From Minisyncoccota bacterium (lineage in GTDB: Bacteria; Patescibacteriota; Minisyncoccia; Phycocordibacterales; UBA6065): a DNA stretch of 41,873 bases. Below the pieces are notes generated by a model that saw nothing but the letters and a program-made list of their open reading frames with translations, ran no database searches and was not told where the DNA came from. Positions 29,231 to 36,499 of this stretch are shown here, one piece after another. Where the stretch lies: the NCBI GenBank assembly GCA_035714745.1, contig DASTLR010000020.1, forward strand, positions 1 through 41,873, given 5' to 3'. Position 1 is the first letter of the stretch, and the number at the start of each line of letters is the position of its first letter. Both the position numbers and the translations under genes were made by a program.

Positions 29231-29482
29231 ATGAACGCCCTCGACCTGCCGGTCGTCAAGGATCTCTTTAGGCTGGTCATCGACCCGGTCGTCAGGCTCA
29301 TATTCGCGGGAGCGGTGCTGTACTTCGTCTGGGGCGTCTTCAAATATATCCGCACCTCGGACGATCCCGGCGAGAGGATATCGGGCGGCAAGCACATCCT
29401 CTACGGCACCATCGGCCTCTTCATCATGGTCTCGGTCTGGGGCATCATCGCGGTCCTGGAAAAGACCTGGAACGTCCGTTAG
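29231..29482 (+). CDS. TrbC/VirB2-like small membrane protein P5 (no signal peptide)
   Basis: TM1-TSDDPGERISGGKH-TM2 with ILYGTIGLFIMVSVWGII. Confidence 0.55.
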   Translation: MNALDLPVVKDLFRLVIDPVVRLIFAGAVLYFVWGVFKYIRTSDDPGERISGGKHILYGTIGLFIMVSVWGIIAVLEKTWNVR

Positions 29483-29565
29483 AGCGGCAGCGGCGGCTAA
29501 AAAGCATAGAAAAAAGAGCTGGGAGGCGTAGGCCTCTCAGCTCTTTGGTTGTGCTCTACCGAGCG

Positions 29566-30252
29566 TCAGGGCGATCTCTCGACCATGACGACCAGATAGA
29601 AGTCCTGGTCAGGGAACATGTAGCTCACTTTCTGCCCCGCGGCGTAATCGGGGAGCTCGCGATGGTTCCGGTTCGTCCCCGGCACCGGCACGGCTTTCAC
29701 TTCGACCGGCTCGCCTCCCGCTATCCGGACGTATGCGGATCCGTCCGAATGGCTGATCTCCCTGATCCGCTCCAGGATGAACGGCGCGGAGTAGGTCCCC
29801 TTGGCGTATTCGAACCGGCGGGGGACGAGCTCGACCGTCTTTTCAACTGCTGCGGCATCATGTTGCGACATGCCTTGTTTTGATGTGTGAGGGATAGCTA
29901 TCCATCCCACTATCGCTATGATTGCCACAGAGATCGCGCTCGGCTTTGCCCAGGGCGTCTTTACCTGACTGATGGCGATGGCGACGACCAGCATGGCTTG
30001 AGTGATGATGAACGCGAGAGGGAAATCCCATCGCGCTTGCCACCATCCAAAACCTACTATCCAGCAGACGACATCGACGGCGGCGAGGGCGATGGCGACG
30101 ACAAACAAGGCTTTCGAGGCCGCTGATGTCGCTTTCCATGCTTGGGCCGTATACTCTTTCGTCGTCTTGCGGGTTTCGTGCGAGACAAACATGAGCACGA
30201 TGGTCGCGAGAGCAGGTATCCCTAGGATGAGAGCTAAGGGGAGCGCTATCAT
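29566..30252 (-). CDS. Polytopic membrane protein with C-terminal soluble domain (possible NfeD-like partner)
   Basis: Five predicted TM helices, then a beta-rich domain of about 90 aa. The ATG overlaps the stop of the upstream SPFH-like gene (ATGA). Confidence 0.5.
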   Translation of the reverse strand: MIALPLALILGIPALATIVLMFVSHETRKTTKEYTAQAWKATSAASKALFVVAIALAAVDVVCWIVGFGWWQARWDFPLAFIITQAMLVVAIAISQVKTPWAKPSAISVAIIAIVGWIAIPHTSKQGMSQHDAAAVEKTVELVPRRFEYAKGTYSAPFILERIREISHSDGSAYVRIAGGEPVEVKAVPVPGTNRNHRELPDYAAGQKVSYMFPDQDFYLVVMVERSP

Positions 30253-31658
30253 GGGGTGCCTCCTTTTCCTACTGTAGCGAGAGCCTTGCCGCCCAGAACG
30301 AGCGACGCCCCTGGCTTGATCTTATCGGCGACGCCGATCAGCCCTTCGCTCAGAGCGCGCTGCCTGAGCACATCCATTCCGCCCTCGTAACTGGCGGCTG
30401 CCGCGAGGCTCTCCTGGATCTGCTTGATCTCGACGTTGACGAGCATCTCTTTTGCGTCAGCGTCCGCTTTTCCACGAACGCGCCTCTCCTCGGCTTGTGT
30501 ATTCGCCACGTTGAGGTCGTGTTTCGCTTTGGTCTCGCGTGCCAGGCCTTGCTTCTCCTCGATCTCCTGAGCGATGAGCGCTTCCATGACTGTGGCGGCG
30601 TTGCCGACCCAGTCGAAGCTCACGTAGGACGCCTCGGCGACTTCAAAGGCTTCATTGAGCAAGTGCTTTCCGACCGGCAAGAGCTCCTTGATTTTCGCCG
30701 CCTTATCCATTTTCCTGAAGTCCTCTGGATCGACGTCCCGTAGGGCGTTATCCAGAATGCCTGAGACTTCAGATATCAGCTGCGGCATGAACTTTCCTTT
30801 CAGGTTACCGATGAGATACAGCGGCTTCCTGACGGTGAGGATGACGCGGATGAGCAGATTAACCTTGAAGTTGCCCCCGATCTCGATCTCTGTAGTGCAG
30901 ACAGGGTAGGGATATTGATAGTAGAGCGAATTAACCGTGCTCTCCTTTTGGACGACGCTGTAACCGTCATTGATCTCTTTATCGCCTTCTTTGTGGGTCT
31001 TGGGCTCGAATTTGGTCCAATCGAACTCCCAGGTGTGTATCTTACCCATGGGGTAAAAGATGCTCACGTAGAAGATTCCTTGGTCCTTTCTGAAGCCTTT
31101 GACCCATTTGCCAAAGCTCTTCTCGAAGAGTCGAGCGAACCTGTTCTTCTTTTCTCCCGGCACGATGAGATCATTTTCCTTATCCCAGTATCGTCCAGGA
31201 ACGTTGACGATCGCTTCCACGATGGTCTCGCCCCACTTTTTGAACTTGATCTCGCCGGTAGGCACGAATGCGAGCTGCTTGTCATGTTTGGCTGACTGAT
31301 ACGCCGCCATGAACCAAATGGGAAGCGAAAGCAGTATGCCAAGAACGCTGGAGCCGAGGATTACGATCGTAGTCCTGCCCCAGCTGACGTGCCAGATGCC
31401 GTAGGTCACCGCCATTGCCAGGAGCGCCCAGGCGCTTATGTTAAGGGTGACCCGCAGGATCCTTTCCGTATTCATCTTGCGTAGGGTCCATTTCATTCTG
31501 GTGCCCAGACGCAAGCCTTTGCCCTTGCGTTTAGGCGAGGGGGGAGTCGAGGGAGCTGCGATCTTGCGACGCCAGAACCAATGGCCCAGCATTGCCAGCA
31601 CCGCTATCCCGATACCAAGCGCGACATATAATACGGTCGCTAACCATGATGTGATCAT
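30249..31658 (-). CDS. Membrane protein with SPFH/band-7-like domain and charged C-terminal coiled coil
   Basis: Three N-terminal TM helices. The core with FKVNLLIRVILTVRKP resembles SPFH. The Ala/Glu/Lys-rich C-terminal helix resembles flotillin/HflC (weak, from memory). Confidence 0.45.
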   Translation of the reverse strand: MITSWLATVLYVALGIGIAVLAMLGHWFWRRKIAAPSTPPSPKRKGKGLRLGTRMKWTLRKMNTERILRVTLNISAWALLAMAVTYGIWHVSWGRTTIVILGSSVLGILLSLPIWFMAAYQSAKHDKQLAFVPTGEIKFKKWGETIVEAIVNVPGRYWDKENDLIVPGEKKNRFARLFEKSFGKWVKGFRKDQGIFYVSIFYPMGKIHTWEFDWTKFEPKTHKEGDKEINDGYSVVQKESTVNSLYYQYPYPVCTTEIEIGGNFKVNLLIRVILTVRKPLYLIGNLKGKFMPQLISEVSGILDNALRDVDPEDFRKMDKAAKIKELLPVGKHLLNEAFEVAEASYVSFDWVGNAATVMEALIAQEIEEKQGLARETKAKHDLNVANTQAEERRVRGKADADAKEMLVNVEIKQIQESLAAAASYEGGMDVLRQRALSEGLIGVADKIKPGASLVLGGKALATVGKGGTP

Positions 31659-31731
31659 GTAGTGGTTTCCTTTCAGTTGAGGTTTAAAAGACCAAGAATC
31701 AGCGGTATTCGCGCACGCTGTTCCGAATGGG

Positions 31732-31760
31732 ATTTTACTCTATAGTAGACAAAAAGTCAA
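31732..31760 (-). promoter_or_regulatory. Near-consensus sigma70 promoter for the SPFH-like operon
   Basis: On the minus strand: TTGACT (31760-31755), 17-nt spacer, TAAAAT (31737-31732). Confidence 0.5.
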
Positions 31761-31793
31761 ATACAGTTTATGGCTCGATCTGAGCCTCATAGG

Positions 31794-31875
31794 TGGGCGG
31801 AGAGGGACTTGAACCCTCATGCCTTGCGGCGCGAGCTCCTAAGGCTCGTGTGTCTGCCAATTCCACCATCCGCCC
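31794..31875 (-). tRNA. tRNA-Leu (anticodon UAG)
   Basis: GGGCGGA acceptor, GTGGAATTGGCAGAC D arm, anticodon loop CTTAGGA, long variable arm, T arm GAGGGTTCAAGTCCCTC. Confidence 0.9.
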
Positions 31876-31977
31876 GGTAGGGACAGCTTAGCACAGACGC
31901 CCTGTACTTCGTACAGGCGCGGCTTCGCTCGGAAAAGCCGGAATGAGACAAAATCTCTTCCCGGCTTTTCGCTCACG

Positions 31978-31988
31978 TGTCCGCCCTG
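31978..31988. repeat. Direct repeat TGTCCGCCCTG (copy of the tRNA-Lys 3' end), left boundary of the PheRS-like islet
   Basis: Identical 11-mer at 33509..33519. Both copies are preceded by a hairpin and TTTTCGC. Base composition becomes AT-richer immediately to the right. Confidence 0.6.
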
Positions 31989-32235
31989 ATGTACGAAGTT
32001 AGAACCGCCCTTGTTGCCATTGCTGATATGCTAATTTAATGATATTGTATTAGCAATGAAAAGCATTAACGAAAAACTGGCCTCCCAGAACGCCCTCTCA
32101 AAGGGTCATGTTAATGCTGTCTCTACTTCTTCGTCTTTTGCCTTTGCCTTCTTTTTTGCTGCTTAAGCAGCAACTTAATCTATCAAATTCGATTTATCGG
32201 CAAATTAACCCTCCCTATGGGGAGCCTAAAAACGT

Positions 32236-33369
32236 ATGAAAATGTATATCAAACCCCTTGGCAAAAGGGAAATTAATGAATACTTAGCAATCACTGACCT
32301 TACCCAGTCACCAAAGCCCCACGCTGTCAAAATGGTGTACGAAAAGGTCAGGGATTACATGTATTCGACTCACAAAGAAAGCGATGTTCAGATATGCCGG
32401 AAGGACCCTGTCGTCACGGTGGCGGACAATTACGATAACCTACTGTTCTCGGCAGATAACATGGGTCGCTCTTCGACGTACACTCACTACATTGATCAGA
32501 CCCATATTCTCTGCACGCATACGACCGCCCATATTCCGGGAATCTTGAGAGATCTAGCAAAACGCAGCGACTGGCAGGACGTCCTCGTCTTGCTTCCAGG
32601 ACTGGCGTATCGAAGGGATGTTGCAGACAAAAAACATGTTGCCCAAGTGCATATGCTCGAGATGTGGCGCGTCGTCAACAATGCAGCGCGCAAAGTCATC
32701 ACGAAAGATGATTTGCTCGATGTGGTTAAGGGAGTTGCAAATACGGCGGCTCCCGGATGGAGACTGCGAATTGAGGATTCTCCGCACCCATATACCAAGG
32801 GCGGTATTGAGGTGAACGCGATGAAAGATGATCGGGATATCGAAATCCTCGAGTGCGGCCTTATCAAGGATGAGATACTTGCGAACGCCGGACTCGATCC
32901 TGAAAAGTATTCAGGATGGGCACTGGGTATGGGACTGGATCGACTCGTCATGACGCTCAAAGACATTCCAGATGTTCGCTACTTGCGATCCAGTAATCCA
33001 AAGATAGCAAAGCAGATGGAAAACCTTGAGACGTATCATGAGGTATCGAATCAGCCCGCTATCAAGCGAGATCTCTCGTACATCGTTCCGAAGGAATATG
33101 TGGAGGAGGATATCAGCGACGACATTCGCAAGGCGTTGGGCGACAAGGTGGATACTTTGGAAAGCGTTGAGATACTCAGCCAAACAGCATATGGGGAATT
33201 ACCCGAAAAAGCTCGGCAAAAGCTTGGCTGCGGTCCCGAACAAAAGAATGTGCTGGTGCAAATTACGCTTCGGCATCTTGAGCGAACTCTTACGGGCGAG
33301 GAAGCGAATCAGATATACGAGCAGACGTACAAACAGATAAATAAGGGCACTGGAGGTTACCTTAAGTAA
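32236..33369 (+). CDS. Monomeric (mitochondrial-type) phenylalanyl-tRNA synthetase-like protein: class IIc catalytic core fused to an FDX-ACB domain
   Basis: Collinear with remembered FARS2/PheS motifs. DPVVTVADNYDNLLFSADNMGR, ILCTHTTAH (LRTHTS box), AYRRDVADKKHVAQVHMLE (motif 2), GWALGMGLDRLVM (motif 3). The C-terminal part, NQPAIKRDLSYIV...ITLRHLERTLTGEEAN, is typical of FDX-ACB. Confidence 0.75.
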   Translation: MKMYIKPLGKREINEYLAITDLTQSPKPHAVKMVYEKVRDYMYSTHKESDVQICRKDPVVTVADNYDNLLFSADNMGRSSTYTHYIDQTHILCTHTTAHIPGILRDLAKRSDWQDVLVLLPGLAYRRDVADKKHVAQVHMLEMWRVVNNAARKVITKDDLLDVVKGVANTAAPGWRLRIEDSPHPYTKGGIEVNAMKDDRDIEILECGLIKDEILANAGLDPEKYSGWALGMGLDRLVMTLKDIPDVRYLRSSNPKIAKQMENLETYHEVSNQPAIKRDLSYIVPKEYVEEDISDDIRKALGDKVDTLESVEILSQTAYGELPEKARQKLGCGPEQKNVLVQITLRHLERTLTGEEANQIYEQTYKQINKGTGGYLK

Positions 33370-33467
33370 CCCTAATACTTGTCGTCACGGGTTTCCTCAC
33401 GCCGTCGCGCTCGCAACCCGCGACCCCGCCTCGCGGTCTCGCGAGGCGCTCGACATCGCTCCGGCTC

Positions 33468-33513
33468 GGACAAGCGAAATCCCTGCCACTGGCAGGGATT
33501 TTCGCGCTTGTCC
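33468..33513 (+). terminator. Long hairpin at the right end of the islet (possible terminator)
   Basis: GGACAAGCGAAATCCCTGCC-ACT-GGCAGGGATTT(T)CGC(G)CTTGTCC. A second 9-bp GC hairpin lies at 33427-33448. Confidence 0.4.
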
Positions 33514-33519
33514 GCCCTG
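33509..33519. repeat. Direct repeat TGTCCGCCCTG overlapping the 3' end of tRNA-Lys
   Basis: Identical to 31978..31988. Confidence 0.6.
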
Positions 33520-33583
33520 TAGGGATCGAACCTACGACCTTATCCTTAAGAGGGATCTGCTCTACCAACTGAGCTAAGGGCGG
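33511..33583 (-). tRNA. tRNA-Lys (anticodon CUU)
   Basis: TAGCTCAGTTGGTAGAGC D arm, anticodon loop CTCTTAA, T arm GTAGG-TTCGATC-CCTAC, acceptor CCGCCCT/AGGGCGG. Confidence 0.85.
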
Positions 33584-33676
33584 ATATACTGCTCTGTCTG
33601 TCGCTTGGAAAATCTAACAGAAAAAGCGCCGGTTGGCAATGCGCCGGAACTGCCGGACGCGCCGCGCTCTTCCGTG

Positions 33677-33758
33677 TGCCTGGGGTGGGCATCGAACCCA
33701 CATCTCTTGCGAGACACGATTTTAAGTCGTGCGCGTATACCAATTCCGCCACCCAGGC
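33677..33758 (-). tRNA. tRNA-Leu (anticodon UAA)
   Basis: GCCTGGG acceptor, anticodon arm CACGA-CTTAAAA-TCGTG, long variable arm, T arm GTGGGTTCGATGCCCAC. Confidence 0.9.
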
Positions 33759-33783
33759 GTATCGCCGCCGACCGTCCACCGAG

Positions 33784-33855
33784 AGGCCACGGCGGGAATC
33801 GAACCCGCGCATAGGAGTTTTGCAGACTCCCGAATTACCACTTTTCTACGTGGCC
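33784..33855 (-). tRNA. tRNA-Cys (anticodon GCA)
   Basis: GGCCACG acceptor, anticodon arm GGAGT-CTGCAAA-ACTCC, discriminator U73 as expected for tRNA-Cys. Confidence 0.9.
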
Positions 33856-33883
33856 AGAGCGCGGCAGCCGCCGCAGTACTATC

Positions 33884-34210
33884 TTAGGGCCGTATCGTGA
33901 TAGCGTCAATTTTCTGGCGGGCCTTCTCGCCCTTGTCGATCTCGAAGTCGAAGAAGGGGATGCGCATCAGGCGGGCGTGGCTTTTGACGTACTCCCGGAA
34001 ATCCGAGCGCTGGCGCTTGAGGAAATCGATGGCCGCGCCCTCCTGGCTGTCGGGATAGACGGTCAAAAAGACGGTGGCTAGGGCCCCGCGGTCCTTGGTC
34101 TCGACCCGGGTGACGGTGATCATCGACGTGCGGTTCGACTCCAGGGCGATGAAGCGCGCCGCCATGTCGCGGATGATCTCGTCGAAACGCTCGTCTTTTA
34201 TAGTATTCAT
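33884..34210 (-). CDS. rbfA: Ribosome-binding factor A
   Basis: About 108 aa. ITVTRVETKDRGALATVFLTV and MRIPFFDFEID patterns. Immediately downstream of infB. Confidence 0.85.
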   Translation of the reverse strand: MNTIKDERFDEIIRDMAARFIALESNRTSMITVTRVETKDRGALATVFLTVYPDSQEGAAIDFLKRQRSDFREYVKSHARLMRIPFFDFEIDKGEKARQKIDAITIRP

Positions 34211-35800
34211 CTATTTCTCTACGATTATGAAATCCTCGATGACGTCGCCCGGCGCCAATTCGATCTGCGCCTCGACCATGGCCCCGAACTCGAAGCCTTC
34301 CTGGACGCTCGAGGTCTTGACCTTGGCCTGCTGGAGCTCGCGGATCAGGCCCTCGCCGATCAGGGTCTCGCGGCGCAGGATCTTGACCCGGTGGCCCACC
34401 GAGATCTCTCGGTCGGTCACCTTGCCGCCGACGATCTGGCGGTCCTTGGCGCGGCTAAAGAATTTCAGGACCTTGGCCTTGCCGACGACTTCCTCGCTCT
34501 GGACCTTTGGCTCGCGCTCCTTGACCCGCTCCTCGAGCCATTCGCGCAGGTTGTAGATGATGTCGAAGGTGGCGTGGGCGATGCCCAGGCGCTCGATCAT
34601 GGCGGCGGCCTGGCTGTCGGTCTTCACATTGAAGCCGACGACCAGGACGTCCGAGCTGCCCGCAGCCACCTTGATATCAGACTCGGTGACGTCGCCGATG
34701 GAGGCCGAGACGGTCTTGAGGGCGACGCGCTCGTTATGGATCTTCTTGATCTCGTGCTCGATAGCCTCGACCGAGCCCTGAACGTCAGCCTTGATGATGA
34801 GAGGAATGACCTTCTTCGGCGTTTCTTCAGCGGCCTCTTCTCTGGTGTTCTTAGTGTCCCCCGTGCTCTTCGTGTTCTTTGTCCTCTCTTCCTCTTCCGC
34901 CATCTCCACGTATTCCTCCAGATCTTTCTTCGATTCGAAGGTTACGAAATGTCCGCCGACCTGCGGGGCCTTGTTCCAGCCGACCAGGCGCACGGGCGAA
35001 GAGAAAGCAGCTTCGGATATCTTCTTGCCCAGGTGGTTCTCGATGATGCGGGTAGGGGAGAAAGCCGAACCGCAGGCCACGAACATGCCGGGGCCCATGG
35101 AGCCGTCCTTGATGACCAAGGTGGCAGAAATGCCTTTCTTTGGATCGCGGTGGGCCTCGATGATGACGCCTTCGGCTGGTTTTGCAGCGTCGCCTTTCAG
35201 GTCTGCGACGTCGGCGGTCAGAATGATGAGGTCGAGCAGGTCGTCTACGCCCGCGCCAGTCTTTGCCGATATCGGCACATAAGACACATTGCCGCCGAAG
35301 CCTTCGACGTAGATGCCGGCTTCAGCCAGGGTCATCTTCACGCGCTCGACGTTGGCTGCTGGCTTGTCGATTTTATTGATAGCCACGATGAAAGGCACTT
35401 TGGCCTTCTCGATCTCTTTATACGCGTCGATGGTCTGTGGCTTGACCCCGTCCTCGGCCGAGACGACCAGGATGGCCACGTCCGCCGTGCCGGCGCCGCG
35501 CTCGCGCATGCCGGAAAAGGCCTCGTGGCCGGGAGTGTCGATGAAGGTGATCTTTTCAGGGGCGCTCGAGGCGCCGTTAGCGCCGTCCTTGGCTGGGCGC
35601 TCGACTTCGTAAGCCGAGATGCGCTGGGTAATGCCGCCGGCTTCGCCTTCGACTATATTAGTCTTCCGTATGTAGTCGAGGAGGGTCGATTTGCCGTGGT
35701 CGATGTGCCCGAGTATGGCTACGACGGGAGGGCGCTTGACCAGAGCGCCGGGATTTCGAGGCGAAGCGCCGCCCGCGGGTTGTGTTTGATGTTTGGCCAT
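34211..35800 (-). CDS. infB: Translation initiation factor IF-2 (short form)
   Basis: G domain with AILGHIDHGKSTLLD, DTPGHEAF and NKID motifs, followed by the C-terminal IF-2 domains. Confidence 0.95.
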   Translation of the reverse strand: MAKHQTQPAGGASPRNPGALVKRPPVVAILGHIDHGKSTLLDYIRKTNIVEGEAGGITQRISAYEVERPAKDGANGASSAPEKITFIDTPGHEAFSGMRERGAGTADVAILVVSAEDGVKPQTIDAYKEIEKAKVPFIVAINKIDKPAANVERVKMTLAEAGIYVEGFGGNVSYVPISAKTGAGVDDLLDLIILTADVADLKGDAAKPAEGVIIEAHRDPKKGISATLVIKDGSMGPGMFVACGSAFSPTRIIENHLGKKISEAAFSSPVRLVGWNKAPQVGGHFVTFESKKDLEEYVEMAEEEERTKNTKSTGDTKNTREEAAEETPKKVIPLIIKADVQGSVEAIEHEIKKIHNERVALKTVSASIGDVTESDIKVAAGSSDVLVVGFNVKTDSQAAAMIERLGIAHATFDIIYNLREWLEERVKEREPKVQSEEVVGKAKVLKFFSRAKDRQIVGGKVTDREISVGHRVKILRRETLIGEGLIRELQQAKVKTSSVQEGFEFGAMVEAQIELAPGDVIEDFIIVEK

Positions 35801-35863
35801 AGTGGATGGGGATAGCTTTCAGCTGTCAGCGAGACAGCTTTCAGGAAAGAGGGGAGAGGGAGG

Positions 35864-36352
35864 CTAGCGCGAAGAGAGCTTGGCCTTGGCGAGCGAGACG
35901 GCCCGCTTCTCCTCCTCGGAGAGGCTGACCTCGGCGGGGCCGAACTTGACGACCGGCTTGGAGAAGACCGAGACGCGCTCGCGGGTGTAGAGGGACGAGA
36001 GGACCGCGCCGGTGCCGTCCTCGTTGACGAAGGCCGTGGCGAAGCTCTGGCCGCCGCCCGTGGCGCCGGTGCCGTTCGTCCCGCCAAAGGCGTCGAAGCG
36101 CACCGTCTCGGCGCACTGGGTGGCGCGGCGCAGGCGCTTCTCGACGGTCTTGAGGTACTCCTCCATGTCCGACTGGAACTTCTCCAGGCCTTTGACGTCG
36201 GCGTCGAGCGTGGCGATCGACTCGCAGACGTCGCAGGCCTTCTCGCCCCGGAGCATCCTGCGGAGCTTGCGCCTGAGGAAGAAGACGTCCGCCACCAGGG
36301 CGAGCGTCACCACAGCCAAAGCCCCGATAAGGATGTTCTGGTCGAGAATCAT
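35864..36352 (-). CDS. DUF4446 family membrane-anchored protein
   Basis: N-terminal TM helix, then VRFDAFGG....GGGQSFATAFVNEDGTGAVLSSLYTRE. Start moved to ATG 36352. Confidence 0.65.
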   Translation of the reverse strand: MILDQNILIGALAVVTLALVADVFFLRRKLRRMLRGEKACDVCESIATLDADVKGLEKFQSDMEEYLKTVEKRLRRATQCAETVRFDAFGGTNGTGATGGGQSFATAFVNEDGTGAVLSSLYTRERVSVFSKPVVKFGPAEVSLSEEEKRAVSLAKAKLSSR

Positions 36353-36358
36353 GGCTCT

Positions 36359-36387
36359 ATAGTAGCCCAAAGGGCGGATTTGGGCAA
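36359..36387 (-). promoter_or_regulatory. Candidate promoter, leaderless arrangement
   Basis: On the minus strand: TTGCCC (36387-36382), 17-nt spacer, TACTAT (36364-36359), then 6 nt to ATG 36352. Confidence 0.4.
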
Positions 36388-36499
36388 TTTCCGGAATCTG
36401 CTATACTGGCGCCAACACAACCACTACCTTCCGTAATTTTTCCGATTTTTTATACGAAACGAAGCCGAGAGATCTTTACCAGCGATATACGTACCAAGA

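Noticed and set aside
33362-33900. ORFs of 68-88 aa running across the tRNA-Lys/Leu/Cys cluster.
   Set aside because: They are translations of tRNA genes and spacers. The tRNA cloverleaves explain the sequence.
34391-35815. 474-aa plus-strand ORF opposite infB. Similar antisense ORFs lie opposite hisS (13842..14660), rpsA (16233..16805) and clpB (39172..40174).
   Set aside because: All are antisense to strongly supported genes. They show GC-driven absence of stop codons and repetitive Asp/Gly/Leu/Arg composition.
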